IMG/VR virus record: IMGVR_UViG_3300049001_000044
Location: 62,001-126,000 of that record
DNA: 64,000 bases
Strand: one strand, 5' to 3'
The notes below the pieces were generated by a model. That model was not told the origin of the DNA. It searched no databases and saw only the letters and a list, made by a program, of their open reading frames with translations. Below, one piece after another: positions 8,013 through 18,399 of this stretch. The first letter of the stretch is position 1. Each line of letters starts with the position of its first letter. The position numbers and the translations under genes are program-made.

Positions 8013-9064
8013 TTTGCAAGTTGGTTAGGGGTGAATTGGCGTCCAGCGCGCCAATGTTTGGTGGTTTGAACGTGACCCTTGCGAACGAACTTGGCGACAG
8101 ATTTTCGGAACTCGCCGTACTTGAAACCTTCAGCGAGCCTTACCACGTAGCCTTCGTCCTTCGTGAAGTCCATCTTCAAATCCACATGAAGCGTCTCAAT
8201 GTACTTCGAGATGAAGATACCTTCCCACAGCACAGGCACAGGGGTGATATCCAGCAACTTGAACCACAGCAGTGTTTCATCCCATGGCAGGCATTCGTTG
8301 CGTTCATTCCAGATGCTGAAGCCGAGGAAGTAGCTGCTCAGCCCGTCGTAATGGATGGAATGTTCAGCCCACAGATTTTCACCACATACGCGCCAACCCG
8401 CTGGCAAGTTGAAGCAAACGTTCTCGATGAGGAACTTCTTCACCCATGCTCTGTCTTCGCCACCACGTGAATCAATCGAACGGGCATGGACGTGACCATC
8501 ACTGTAGCAGGTGGTGTTCTCGCCATCCATTTTCCTGGTGATGACAACATACTTGCCTTCAAACTGCGAGCAGTCCTTCAACGCCTTGTCATCATCATGG
8601 ATACCTGGCGACCAAGGAAGGTGGAAAGTGCGTTCGTACTTCACGTAGGGAGTGAAGAGCTCAAGCACATTCGCTAACACCTTCTGCACGGACTCGTCAT
8701 GGAACAACTCGCCCATCCCTCTACGCCCATCTTCAAGAATTGGGTTGCCCCACTTGTCGTAGACGTGGTCAGGGTAGAAGTGCGGAGGCACTATCTTCCT
8801 AGTGATGCCTGCTTTCTCCCTCACCTCTTCGACCGAGTAGATTGTCTTCTCGCACATGAGGTGGTGTTCCTCGCAGACGGTTGCACCATTTTCCAGGTAG
8901 TAGCCACCATCAGGCCAGAGCCTGCGCTCTAGGATGTGATGAGCATCCAATTTCCCTTCGGGCGTTTCTTCTGCCTTCTTCCCGCAGAACACGCATCGAT
9001 GATTGTCACGGGCAAATGTTCCCTCTCGGAAAGCATCCCGTGTTAGTAAGATTGGTTCCTTCAT
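8009..9064 (-). CDS. HNH-fused RNA ligase
   Basis: N-terminal CVFC..DAHHI..VCEEHH; ligase motifs KMDGEN, GEN, EGYVVR, KFVR. Confidence 0.85.
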   Translation of the reverse strand: MKEPILLTRDAFREGTFARDNHRCVFCGKKAEETPEGKLDAHHILERRLWPDGGYYLENGATVCEEHHLMCEKTIYSVEEVREKAGITRKIVPPHFYPDHVYDKWGNPILEDGRRGMGELFHDESVQKVLANVLELFTPYVKYERTFHLPWSPGIHDDDKALKDCSQFEGKYVVITRKMDGENTTCYSDGHVHARSIDSRGGEDRAWVKKFLIENVCFNLPAGWRVCGENLWAEHSIHYDGLSSYFLGFSIWNERNECLPWDETLLWFKLLDITPVPVLWEGIFISKYIETLHVDLKMDFTKDEGYVVRLAEGFKYGEFRKSVAKFVRKGHVQTTKHWRAGRQFTPNQLAK

Positions 9065-9195
9065 TTCTTCTTATTCCTTTTATGGAAGATCACCACAATG
9101 GTGACGATCACAACTACACCACCCAGGATGGCGCCAATTGCTGCAGGAGGAAGTAGGGAAATATCGCCGGTATTGGCGTAAGTGATCGCGTTCAT
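9061..9195 (-). CDS. small single-TM membrane protein (44 aa)
   Basis: MNAITY...AIGAILGGVVVIVTIVVIFHKRNKKK; downstream of promoter. Confidence 0.5.
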   Translation of the reverse strand: MNAITYANTGDISLLPPAAIGAILGGVVVIVTIVVIFHKRNKKK

Positions 9196-9232
9196 AATGG
9201 TATTGTAGCTTGTTGCACTTTGGAAATAAACT

Positions 9233-9307
9233 GAGGTGCTCAGAGACCTCCGTATAGTTTGTAATGATTGTTATTGTGCATTTTGCACTGAGGTCTCTGA
9301 GCACCTC
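9233..9307. repeat. perfect 18-bp inverted repeat GAGGTGCTCAGAGACCTC (dispersed family)
   Basis: Arms 9233-9250 and 9290-9307. Confidence 0.9.
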
Positions 9308-9425
9308 TGGTGACCTCCAGAATACATAGGAAGCACATCAATAGCATTGAGAGTCTTGACAACATTCAATAAGCAAAAAGTTATCAAGAAATAAAATGTA
9401 ATTGTAGCAACGTTACGGAGGTTAA

Positions 9426-9683
9426 ATGAAAAAAGGTTTAGTTACCCCCTTTGATAATCCACCCACTGCGCCTTTCACCAATTTGCAGGCGGTGCGTGAT
9501 TGGCATCAGCAATACGCAGTCAGTTGCGAGCGCAAGGCCGAACGTCATGCAGTAACGGCGCAGACCACAGGTGGCAGTAATAGCGCCTCGCATGCCAACC
9601 ACTTCTCGGAAAGGGCGAAGATGCACCAGTCGGCGGTGAATTTGATCGATGAGATCATCTCGCCCGCCAAGTTGGCCGCATGA
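9426..9683 (+). CDS. hypothetical protein
   Basis: GGAGG RBS, 85 aa. Confidence 0.65.
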   Translation: MKKGLVTPFDNPPTAPFTNLQAVRDWHQQYAVSCERKAERHAVTAQTTGGSNSASHANHFSERAKMHQSAVNLIDEIISPAKLAA

Positions 9684-9748
9684 GGACCCAGCACGGGAAG
9701 TTTGGGCAGCCACTACCACCTGCGTGAATTATTTCCTTGGGAGGTTTA

Positions 9749-9985
9749 ATGACTGATGTTGCAAAACTGAAGCGCGGCTTCGCTGCGATGTCCCCTGAAA
9801 AACAGCGGGAAATTGCAAGTAAAGGCGGCAAGGCCGCGCATGCCATGGGCTTCGCCCATCAATTCACCAGTGAAAACGCTGCAGAAGCAGGAAGGAAAGG
9901 AGGGCTGAAAATCAGTAAGGACCGTGAACACATGTCCAGGATAGGAACCCTAGGGGCGCTGAAGATCGGACGCGGCGGCCACTAG
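9749..9985 (+). CDS. KGG-repeat general stress protein
   Basis: RGFAAMSPEKQREIASKGG...AGRKGG. Confidence 0.85.
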   Translation: MTDVAKLKRGFAAMSPEKQREIASKGGKAAHAMGFAHQFTSENAAEAGRKGGLKISKDREHMSRIGTLGALKIGRGGH

Positions 9986-10029
9986 GGTATTGAAAACCTT
10001 TAGGGGCCGAGGAGGGCCCCTTTTCCGTT

Positions 10030-11259
10030 TTAGAGTTCTATCACGTCCTCAGCTGTGGGGCCGTAGGAGAGGTACTTGACGTTGACTTCAGGGATTCGGT
10101 CAGCGATCACCTTTGACAGTTCATCAGTGAGGATGGTGATGAGCTGCCCTCCCAAGTTCACGTTCAACTTTTCACCAACTTGATCCAGGCAAGTGATCAT
10201 CAGTTGGGGTTTGTTGACATGGATACCAGTGATTTTGCTCAAGCTGTAGGATCGCTGAATATCCCTACTGATCATCAGCGACAAGGTATCCACATCCAAT
10301 GGTGCGTAGCGGAAGTGTCCTTGCCAAGGGCCAGTTACGTTCGTCTTATCTGTGGGGATTTGTGTAGACGTGATAGGGAGATTCTCCATCTTCAGAGGGC
10401 CGGCGCCGTGACGCGTGAGGTAGCACCTAGTGATGTAGACTGGGGTGATCTCGTTGTAGAACGTCTCGTACGCAGTCAAGATGCTTGATGGCAGTCCCGT
10501 GACCGAGCGAGTGACGTGAGGGAAGATTCCCAGCTGTTCATCCAACATCAAACCTTGTGCGCCTTCAATGATGAGGTCAGTGTAGGGGCGGGTGTAGTCA
10601 GCGCGAATGCTCTTCAACGGGGAGAGCATCGTTGCGTCGTGTTCGAAGTCAGGATTTTCGAACATCTGCAGGAACGGCGCAGCCTCTTCCTCGTCGACCC
10701 TGTCCTTCAACAGCTCGTATTCTTTCTTCCAGTACTCATTGAAGATATGTTGCAAGGTGCGGGACATCTGGTAGATGGAGGTCTGCTTCACCATGCCAAG
10801 CGTGATGCTGCGGCCGGCGAGGCTGCGAGTGACCGTCTCGTTGATGCCTAACCCGCAAGAACCGTGGCGCCCTTTACCACGGGACAACTCGCGAAGAGAG
10901 TTCAATGCCATGTCGTAGATGATGGTGACGCGGCATTCGGGGTGAGCAATAATCTTGTCCTCAAGATCCACACCCATCAGATTGAGCTGGTCAATCTCTT
11001 TAGTGAGGGAGTAGGGATTGAGGATGAACTGCCGAGCGAGGTAGGTGTTGGCACCAGCAAAGGTACCTGCACCAATATGACCGAAGACATGGCGTTTACC
11101 ATCCTTCGTTTCGACGGTGTGTCCTGCTTGAGCACCACCGTTTTGGCGTGCTACGAGGGAAGGTTTTCCTGCCTTACGAACGAGATAGTCCGTAGTCAGT
11201 CCCTTACCCTCATCGCCGAAGTTTGCACCAATTACTGCAAAAGCGTGATTCATCGACAT
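10030..11259 (-). CDS. purA: adenylosuccinate synthetase-like protein
   Basis: GANFGDEGKG, GGAQAGHT, EGAQG, YLTRHGAGP motifs. Confidence 0.85.
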   Translation of the reverse strand: MSMNHAFAVIGANFGDEGKGLTTDYLVRKAGKPSLVARQNGGAQAGHTVETKDGKRHVFGHIGAGTFAGANTYLARQFILNPYSLTKEIDQLNLMGVDLEDKIIAHPECRVTIIYDMALNSLRELSRGKGRHGSCGLGINETVTRSLAGRSITLGMVKQTSIYQMSRTLQHIFNEYWKKEYELLKDRVDEEEAAPFLQMFENPDFEHDATMLSPLKSIRADYTRPYTDLIIEGAQGLMLDEQLGIFPHVTRSVTGLPSSILTAYETFYNEITPVYITRCYLTRHGAGPLKMENLPITSTQIPTDKTNVTGPWQGHFRYAPLDVDTLSLMISRDIQRSYSLSKITGIHVNKPQLMITCLDQVGEKLNVNLGGQLITILTDELSKVIADRIPEVNVKYLSYGPTAEDVIEL

Positions 11260-11292
11260 CGTGTTGCCACCTTTCATCGTTTGTTGCTTTTG

Positions 11293-11922
11293 TTAACCCA
11301 AATCAGTTTGCTCTGCGTGGTACTTCTGTGGATTCTTGTCGTCTCGCCATACCTTGACGTGGATAGGATCGTGGAGCTCGACATTGTCTTTGTCATCTTC
11401 TCCTCTCCAATCTTCGTTCTTCAGCGTGATGTTGAAGATTGCCCAGGCAACTTCCCTTCCGCTCTTCTTCCAGCGGCCGCGAAGATCAAGTGCGTCGACT
11501 CCCTTGTCGTCAATCCATGCATCTGCGATCTCACCCATGTGGATGTGATTTTCATCGCAGACTTTCTTCAGGGCTCCATCGCTCAGCCTGATCTCGTCTT
11601 CGAAGGAATCTTCGAAGCGTTGTGCTTTGCTCGCCCGGTCAGCCTTGTCAGTTTCCGCCTTGACCGTTTCAGGGTCGCGCAGCTCCTGTGCCTTCCAACC
11701 TGGCTTGAGATCGTCTTTGCTTGGTTGATGTTCGAAGCGTTGGGAAGTACCGTCAGGGTAGAAGGCGAAATAGACCTTGTGCTTTCCCTTGCCGTTGACG
11801 CCCAGCTTACCCACCAAGTCTCCCTTGATGATCTCGCCATACACCTGGCCACCTACTCGCTCAAGACGAGCAATCAGGTCTTCAATCGTGGTTTTATTTT
11901 CTAGCAGCTCATGGACTTTCAT
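11293..11922 (-). CDS. hypothetical, putative head-packaged protein (MKVHELLE)
   Basis: Leader motif; TAAATA upstream at 11959-11964. Confidence 0.6.
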   Translation of the reverse strand: MKVHELLENKTTIEDLIARLERVGGQVYGEIIKGDLVGKLGVNGKGKHKVYFAFYPDGTSQRFEHQPSKDDLKPGWKAQELRDPETVKAETDKADRASKAQRFEDSFEDEIRLSDGALKKVCDENHIHMGEIADAWIDDKGVDALDLRGRWKKSGREVAWAIFNITLKNEDWRGEDDKDNVELHDPIHVKVWRDDKNPQKYHAEQTDLG

Positions 11923-12048
11923 TTTATGTGATCCTCAAATTGAGTGTAAGTGATCTCATATTTATTTTAACACAATCAAAATCAACATGCACAAAAGGCA
12001 CAGGACTTTTACATCCTGTGCCCCTCTGTCTCCTCTACTTCTAGAGAA

Positions 12049-12441
12049 TTACTTCACGTCGAACTCGACCTCGTGCTTGACACCCTTGGCATCGTAAAAG
12101 AAGAGCTCGATGCCGGAGATAGGTGCGCCATTACCCTCGCAGGTTATGTCACCCTCGTAGAACTCATCGCTGAAACCTTCAGCGATTTGGTTGTCCGGGT
12201 CTTCGATGCCGTTCGCAGCCAGGATTTCTGCTGCCTGATCTTCCAGGTATTCACCATCTTCCAGGCCGTCGATGATCAGCAGATCCTGCTTCAGTCGTTC
12301 TTCCTCATCCATGCCGTAGTGGATGGTCCGCTCAGTATCGCCATCTGCATCGCCATGCATGTAGGTAACATTCAGCTCATACATGTTCTCGTAGGATGGG
12401 AGGGAGACCTGTTTGCCTACTTTCAGTTCAACGTTTTTCAT
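12049..12441 (-). CDS. hypothetical acidic protein
   Basis: ORF followed by terminator hairpin (~11997-12021). Confidence 0.65.
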   Translation of the reverse strand: MKNVELKVGKQVSLPSYENMYELNVTYMHGDADGDTERTIHYGMDEEERLKQDLLIIDGLEDGEYLEDQAAEILAANGIEDPDNQIAEGFSDEFYEGDITCEGNGAPISGIELFFYDAKGVKHEVEFDVK

Positions 12442-12448
12442 TTTTTGA

Positions 12449-13348
12449 TTAGCCTTGGGTCAGTGCGTTCTTGAATGCGTGGCGGAGATCGTCAGGGCAA
12501 TTGCTCGACTCGATCACGTCGTAGATGTCTTCGCCTTGTGCGATCTTCAGGGTCGCGGTGACGACATCAGCCAGCTTCTTGTGGTTGCGCAGGAAGATGA
12601 CATTCGGACCCAACAGCTTGTTCCATGCCGAAGCGACATTGTCAGGGTAGTGGCGGAAGTGGCTGCCTTCTTCCGTGACAATGTGGAAGACCTTGTACTT
12701 CTCTTGCACCACGCTGAGCAGCGATTGGATGCTTTCGACTTCAGGCACGTCATTCGACCCGAATACCCGACGCAGATGCTCTTTGCTCAGTGGAGTCGGC
12801 GGCGGCGGTTCATCGCCGATCGTGAAGAGGAAACCCTTCTGACCGCGACGATCGAAGGAGTCGATCTTGGTTCGGTGGGCAGCGAAGTACCACGGCAGAT
12901 CGTACGACTCGTGATGATTGCCACCGCCACCGCTCTCAAGATACAGAGTGCGCAGCTGTTCGATCAGAGGAATGGCACCGGCTTCGAACTGCGAAACTTG
13001 CAGGGGAGCTTGGTCACTTGCACGAACATCGCCGATGCCCATGAACATGATGTGCGGATCGGTGACAGGCTGGTCTTCGTAGATCGACTCCATCAGCGGC
13101 TGCAGACCTTCACGTGCGATGTTCTCGGCCACGAAGCCCATCGAACCAGTTACGTCCAGGCCGAAGATAACCGGAGTGGAGCTGGGGTTGGCCGCGCTGT
13201 CGCACGATTCACGCAGCATGATCTTGGCCGGGTCCAGGCCAGCAGGCAGGTAGCGGCTTTCGAAGATTTGTTCGCGGCTCTTCGATTCGAGCTTGTGAGT
13301 TGAACGGTAGGAGACGTATTCATTGCTGTCAAAACGGTGGTTACCCAT
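12449..13348 (-). CDS. vWA domain protein
   Basis: MIDAS LDVTGSMG, GGGG..ESY, FTIGDE. Confidence 0.8.
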   Translation of the reverse strand: MGNHRFDSNEYVSYRSTHKLESKSREQIFESRYLPAGLDPAKIMLRESCDSAANPSSTPVIFGLDVTGSMGFVAENIAREGLQPLMESIYEDQPVTDPHIMFMGIGDVRASDQAPLQVSQFEAGAIPLIEQLRTLYLESGGGGNHHESYDLPWYFAAHRTKIDSFDRRGQKGFLFTIGDEPPPPTPLSKEHLRRVFGSNDVPEVESIQSLLSVVQEKYKVFHIVTEEGSHFRHYPDNVASAWNKLLGPNVIFLRNHKKLADVVTATLKIAQGEDIYDVIESSNCPDDLRHAFKNALTQG

Positions 13349-13400
13349 GATCTTTCCTTTCAGAGCGGAGAGAGGAATCCTCTCTCCTTGTTGATGTTGA

Positions 13401-14087
13401 TTAGCCGCGGAACGGAGTCTTGCTGCGACCACCGTAGCTATCGTTGCTATCGCCGCTGAACATCTTCATCATCTGCATTTGCATCATCATCTGCATCATG
13501 TTGGCGCCACCTGCTGCACCTGCTGCCGGGTCCGTACCTGCTGCGCCGGTCTGCATCATCAACATCATTGGCATCATCTTCTCGAGATCGAGATCGTCGC
13601 CGCCCATCATGATCATCGGCAGCAACATGCCTTGCATTGCGCCCAGACCGGTAGCACCACCTGGCAGCATGGTAGTCAGCGAGCGAACAACCATCACGCC
13701 GCTATCGAGGCCGAACATCTGCACTTTCGGCGGGTTCCATGCCTGGATGGTACCGTTAGCACGCATGATTTTGAAGGTGCCTTTCTCGCTCTTCGAGATG
13801 ACCCAGCCAGGAGTATCGCCCGTGGTGTAGATCATATCGCCGACATTCACGGCTTCCTTCGGAGTGGATTGTGCGAAGGCAGGAACCGCGACGGCCATGT
13901 CTTCGAAGAAGTTGATGGTGATCGAAGCGTCTTCGCCTTCACCATCGATCGAAGCGATACCGTCTTTCGTTTGGACGCCGATCTTACCACTCATCAGGTC
14001 CCATACGACGCCATCGACACGGCGGAAGAAGCGGTTCATCAGTGCATCGCCACCAGGCATTTTGAATTTCGACATGTTCATTTTCAT
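13401..14087 (-). CDS. hypothetical protein with Met/Gln-rich low-complexity C-terminus
   Basis: MMQMMMQMQMMKM tail; promoter upstream at 14171-14204. Confidence 0.75.
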   Translation of the reverse strand: MKMNMSKFKMPGGDALMNRFFRRVDGVVWDLMSGKIGVQTKDGIASIDGEGEDASITINFFEDMAVAVPAFAQSTPKEAVNVGDMIYTTGDTPGWVISKSEKGTFKIMRANGTIQAWNPPKVQMFGLDSGVMVVRSLTTMLPGGATGLGAMQGMLLPMIMMGGDDLDLEKMMPMMLMMQTGAAGTDPAAGAAGGANMMQMMMQMQMMKMFSGDSNDSYGGRSKTPFRG

Positions 14088-14216
14088 TTCCTTTTTGCAG
14101 TTGCCCTCTGTCTCGAAACAGCAAGGGCAGATTGGTTTGGTGTACTTCATCTTGTTAGGCTTGCAGTTGAATTGTAGCTTGTTAGCATTCACTTCAAAAC
14201 TGCAAGCCCACTCGCT

Positions 14217-15731
14217 TTAGGCTTCCGTGTTCTGACGCATTTCGTCCAGGGTGATCTCGTTGTAGAGGTCACCGTAGTGGTAGACGATCTGGTGCAGGTC
14301 TTCCAGGGTGTGGTGCAGGTCACCTTGGTCGATACGGACAGTCTTGATCTCGTTAGTCACGGTATCGCGAACCAGAGTCAGCACACCTTCCTTCGACTTC
14401 TTGCCAGCGTCAGTGACGGGGTCCTTCGCGATGCCGACCCATTCACCATCGACCAGGATCGAAGATGCTTTCTGGGCGAACTTGTACTTGTCGCGATTGA
14501 CTTTCTGCAGCAGTGCACCACCAGAACCGAAGATGATGCAGTCAGCCGAGTAGTTCAAGCCGATGACGATGTTGCCCAGCAGGGTACGGATTGCGGAGTG
14601 ATCCACACCATCGCCTTGGATGATGCCGACGTAGCGGATCTTCTTGTGGCCGGTGCTGGTGTAGTCGAAGCCATAAGCATCTTCCTGCATCTTAAGGATT
14701 TTAGGAACGATTTCCATCATGTCGCCGCTGTCCGGGCGGAAGACCACCTTGATGCCTGATGCCTTGATCAGTTCGACGAATGGAGGAGAGCAGAGTCGAG
14801 CTGCGCAGCGGAAGACATCGCGGCCATCGATGACGAGGGAGAGGATCTTGGCACCCAGCTTCTTCGCCGATGCGATCTGGTGCTCGAGGTAGTGGATTTC
14901 GCCGGCATCGTCCAGGCCGAAGGAACATTCCACACTGTGTTCAGTGGCGTAGACGGAGAAAGCAGCCATGTCGCACTTGTAGAAGTGGTTCGCAGCCAGC
15001 ACACCTTCGATGGTATCAGAACCCATGAAGTTGATGAGGTGAGCAAAGCCACCGATTTCAGCCTGCTCCGCGCAGGTAACACCGCGGCCGCCGAAGTCGT
15101 GGTAGGCGAAGCCGATCATCGACATGTCTGCACCCGACAACTTGTAGTAGTGCTTGATTTCCTGCTTAATGTCGTAGTCATCGGTCGCGATGGTGGTGGG
15201 GTACCAGATACCGCGGAGGATGATGGTCTCGAAGTAAGCGGACATCCAGAACAGGTCTTCGTCCAGGCAGGTGACCGTGTACAGAGCGTTGCCGCCCGGA
15301 ACCTTGGTGCCTTCCTTCGCTGCACGAATGATGAGAGGAGCGTAGCCGTTGTACTTCTCCACCACTTTCTCCCAGTCCTTGCGGGAAACCAGGGAGTAGC
15401 CGAAGTGCTTCAGCGAGAACGCTTCAGCTTCGTCGATGTGGAATTTGGTGATGCGCTGGGTAAAGTAGCGCTTCAGCAGCATCTGCATACCGGCAGGAAC
15501 GATGGTCTCGTCCTTGGATACGCGGGCTTCGCCGTAGCTGGACATGCCCTTGATGCCGGGACGGTACGAGAAGGCGTGTGCACCCTTGTACGAGTCCGAA
15601 CGGAGGATGAGGGAGATGATGAGCCGATCCAGGTAGGTGTACTTCTTGTCCGTGCTGGATGGAGTGAGGTACTTGGAAATGAAGTCGAACTTCTGTACCA
15701 AGCCGATTGCGCTGCTTGCAACTTGAGTCAT
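14217..15731 (-). CDS. nadV: nicotinamide phosphoribosyltransferase (NAMPT)
   Basis: DSYK, HDFGGRG, ATEHS, RPDSGD, IQGDG, FGSGGALLQ, KDPVTD..KKSK. Confidence 0.93.
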   Translation of the reverse strand: MTQVASSAIGLVQKFDFISKYLTPSSTDKKYTYLDRLIISLILRSDSYKGAHAFSYRPGIKGMSSYGEARVSKDETIVPAGMQMLLKRYFTQRITKFHIDEAEAFSLKHFGYSLVSRKDWEKVVEKYNGYAPLIIRAAKEGTKVPGGNALYTVTCLDEDLFWMSAYFETIILRGIWYPTTIATDDYDIKQEIKHYYKLSGADMSMIGFAYHDFGGRGVTCAEQAEIGGFAHLINFMGSDTIEGVLAANHFYKCDMAAFSVYATEHSVECSFGLDDAGEIHYLEHQIASAKKLGAKILSLVIDGRDVFRCAARLCSPPFVELIKASGIKVVFRPDSGDMMEIVPKILKMQEDAYGFDYTSTGHKKIRYVGIIQGDGVDHSAIRTLLGNIVIGLNYSADCIIFGSGGALLQKVNRDKYKFAQKASSILVDGEWVGIAKDPVTDAGKKSKEGVLTLVRDTVTNEIKTVRIDQGDLHHTLEDLHQIVYHYGDLYNEITLDEMRQNTEA

Positions 15732-15810
15732 GATAAAGCTCCTTTATCTAAAATTTGGCTTTGCGTCTATCGCTTTGCCGTGGTCATCAAGAGTTGATAT
15801 TGAAATTGTA

Positions 15811-16395
15811 TTACTTCAAGTACGTTTCAAAAACTGCAGTGTTGAAGTTGAATTCGACAGGATCAACGTAGACGATCTCGATGCCAGAGGCCGTGGCCTT
15901 CTCGATCTCGTCCTTAACTCCGGTGGATTGGTCCCAACCTGGAAGCATGACGACGATCACCTTGTCGCAACGCTTAAGCAGGTTGATGGAGTAGTCGCCC
16001 CAGAAGTTGTAATCGCCCTCCATCCCTGGCGTCAGATGGATGGAGTAATGGTTGAAGAGTGGGCTGACGACGTGTTCGCCCGGATTCTTCATCATGTACA
16101 TCCCGCTGATACCCATGATCGCCGTCATGAGCACTTCCTTGTTCTCGTACTGCGAGTACGGGCCGGCCAGATAAACCAGCTTATGCCTGGGTTTATCCAG
16201 GACTTCGAAGCGAGAAGCGATGTAGGAGATGCCTCGCGCTTCCAGCAGCTCAACAAAGCAAGTGTTGGTGTCACTGGCAACTGTGTAAACCCTGCCAACT
16301 TCCAGCTTGAAGAGCCGGTCGTTTGGGAGCAATTCTTCGCTCTCTCCAGCATCAACGCAACGGAGCTGAGTGCCTGCGTGAATCATTTTCGACAT
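15811..16395 (-). CDS. nucleoside 2-deoxyribosyltransferase-like (DUF1937/DUF4406) protein
   Basis: VYLAGPY...CD.V..LPGW..STGV..E. Confidence 0.7.
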   Translation of the reverse strand: MSKMIHAGTQLRCVDAGESEELLPNDRLFKLEVGRVYTVASDTNTCFVELLEARGISYIASRFEVLDKPRHKLVYLAGPYSQYENKEVLMTAIMGISGMYMMKNPGEHVVSPLFNHYSIHLTPGMEGDYNFWGDYSINLLKRCDKVIVVMLPGWDQSTGVKDEIEKATASGIEIVYVDPVEFNFNTAVFETYLK

Positions 16396-16398
16396 GAT

Positions 16399-16971
16399 TT
16401 AATCCTTTTGACGTGGGAGCAACTTGACGTAAGATGCTCCGAATTCTTTAACCACTGCATCGAAATCCTTTGCAGCTTCTGCGAGGTACTTCTTGTCCAA
16501 GCTGGTGATGCTCATGATTGGGAAGCCATACGCTTCTTCCTTCTCTGCAACTAGCGAGGTTTTGTTGTCCTCGTAAGTCAGGTAGAAAGGGCGGCCTTTC
16601 TCGAAGAATACCAGCACCACGATATCCATCTTGGCGATCTTATCTCGCTCACGCTTGGCATCGAAGGCACGATTGTGGAGATAGGTTCCCATCTGCTTCC
16701 ACCACTGCCGAATGAAGGTATAGTCCACACCCTGCTCCAGCAGATTTTCGGCGGTGTGAGCCAGATCATAGATGGTCAGTGTGTCCATCCCACCAGCAAC
16801 CAGCGTCATGTCGATGCGGTGCTTGTAGAGAAGGTAGGAGAGGAATCGATTCCTTACCGTGAACAGCTGGATTTCCCAGAACTCTTCGTCCTTCTCTTCA
16901 GTGATTCCCAGCGCCTTGATGACCTGTTCCTTGGTGGCCATCGTAGCGAGCATTTGTTGCAGGTCGTTCAT
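16399..16971 (-). CDS. hypothetical protein
   Basis: ORF downstream of promoter 17007-17040. Confidence 0.65.
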   Translation of the reverse strand: MNDLQQMLATMATKEQVIKALGITEEKDEEFWEIQLFTVRNRFLSYLLYKHRIDMTLVAGGMDTLTIYDLAHTAENLLEQGVDYTFIRQWWKQMGTYLHNRAFDAKRERDKIAKMDIVVLVFFEKGRPFYLTYEDNKTSLVAEKEEAYGFPIMSITSLDKKYLAEAAKDFDAVVKEFGASYVKLLPRQKD

Positions 16972-17205
16972 CGTAGTTCCTTCATCGAAAAGCATTCAGA
17001 TGATTCATTGTAATGCTTTTCGATCGCATCAAAAACTGCAGTTACAGGTGCTTTTCACCCACCATGGAAAATTCCTTAGGTGCCCAGAGGCGAGTGAACC
17101 TGGACCGCCTTACAACGACGATCATGCCAGGACTGTCTTGGTGCCACACGAGCAAATCTCGGTAGTCTACAACCCAGTCCCAAAAGTCCTTGAGGGCGGT
17201 CATGG

Positions 17206-18339
17206 TCAGTCCTTGATCAGGCCAACCATCGTGTCGATGATGGCGTGGTGATCTTCGAACCAGTTCTGCGGATTTGCACGTGCTTCCGAGATCGGCAGCC
17301 AGAAGGCCTTCGCGGTTTCGACGATGCCTTCAACCCCGCCAGTATCTTCCAGGGGAGCGAACTGGCCAGCCACTTTCGGCAGCGGCTTGGTATCGTCGAG
17401 GCGGTACAGGAATGCGAAGGTGATGGTGCGACCACGCAGCGAACGATTTGGATCGTCGAAGTATTCGTAATCGACGATCGAACCGCGGAGGATGTCCTCG
17501 GTGATTTCCTTCGCTCGCTTGCCTTCGGCTAGTCGCAGGCCGGTTTCTTCCAGCACTTCGGTGATCGCGGCTTCTTTCACTCGCTGCTTCGGCTTGACGA
17601 AGCCACCAGGCAGGGCCCACAGACCTTTGCCAGGCAATGCGCCGCGTTCGACGACGAGGATGTGGCCAGACTGGATGATGACGGAGTCGGCGGTGACGAA
17701 GGTTGGCGCGTAAGGAGCAAATGCCCAGCGTTCCTTGTATGCCTTGATGAAGTTGTATTCATCACGCAAAACGCCGAGAGTTGGCGTGGTGATGAAGTTG
17801 CGAAGGAAGCGATCGGTTGCTTCAGGAATATCCCGCCACGTCATGTAAGCGCCAGTGAACAGGCGATCGCGGAGAGCTGTGGCGTTGAGGTCTTCGCCGA
17901 CAGGGTGTGGGTCCTTGAAGTCCTTGCCCCATTGAGGGAAGCAGCGGAGGTACCAGGTGCTGTCATCGCGCTCGGAACCGGTCACGAAGATTTCCGGGTT
18001 GTCGAAGCCGAAGTCTCGCACAGCAGCTTGGACATTCTCCTGGACCGATTGGATCCATTTCGCGTCGTTGTACGGCTGATCAGGGAGGGGACGAATTTCG
18101 TAGGAGGTTTCTGCCGTTACTTGCAGATTACCGAGCACCCAGTTCGTGATGATCTGGCGGCGTTCGATGTAGGTGAAGGGGTTCTTGATGTCTCGGGATT
18201 TGTTAGCCGAGCCGACCAGAACTACAACGCCATCGTAATTTTGGAAGGCATTGTTGAGGACGTGAACGTGTCCGTTGTGGAGGGGTTGGAATCGACCGAT
18301 GTAGACGGCCACCCGCTTGCGGGGATTAGTGTTTGCCAT
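17206..18339 (-). CDS. nadM: bifunctional NMN adenylyltransferase / Nudix ADP-ribose hydrolase
   Basis: [10 protein letters not shown]; KNPF; Nudix box LPGG..E..EETG; FEDH. Confidence 0.92.
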   Translation of the reverse strand: MANTNPRKRVAVYIGRFQPLHNGHVHVLNNAFQNYDGVVVLVGSANKSRDIKNPFTYIERRQIITNWVLGNLQVTAETSYEIRPLPDQPYNDAKWIQSVQENVQAAVRDFGFDNPEIFVTGSERDDSTWYLRCFPQWGKDFKDPHPVGEDLNATALRDRLFTGAYMTWRDIPEATDRFLRNFITTPTLGVLRDEYNFIKAYKERWAFAPYAPTFVTADSVIIQSGHILVVERGALPGKGLWALPGGFVKPKQRVKEAAITEVLEETGLRLAEGKRAKEITEDILRGSIVDYEYFDDPNRSLRGRTITFAFLYRLDDTKPLPKVAGQFAPLEDTGGVEGIVETAKAFWLPISEARANPQNWFEDHHAIIDTMVGLIKD

Positions 18340-18399
18340 TTTCGAGCTCCTCGTAGTTGGCGTTGGTTTCCTTGGCGTCTATCGCCTCGGTGAAATTAT

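Noticed and set aside
10030-11259. PurZ (2-aminoadenine DNA) assignment
   Set aside because: The catalytic Asp of GDEGKG is retained (PurZ has Ser there), and no DatZ-like gene is recognisable nearby.
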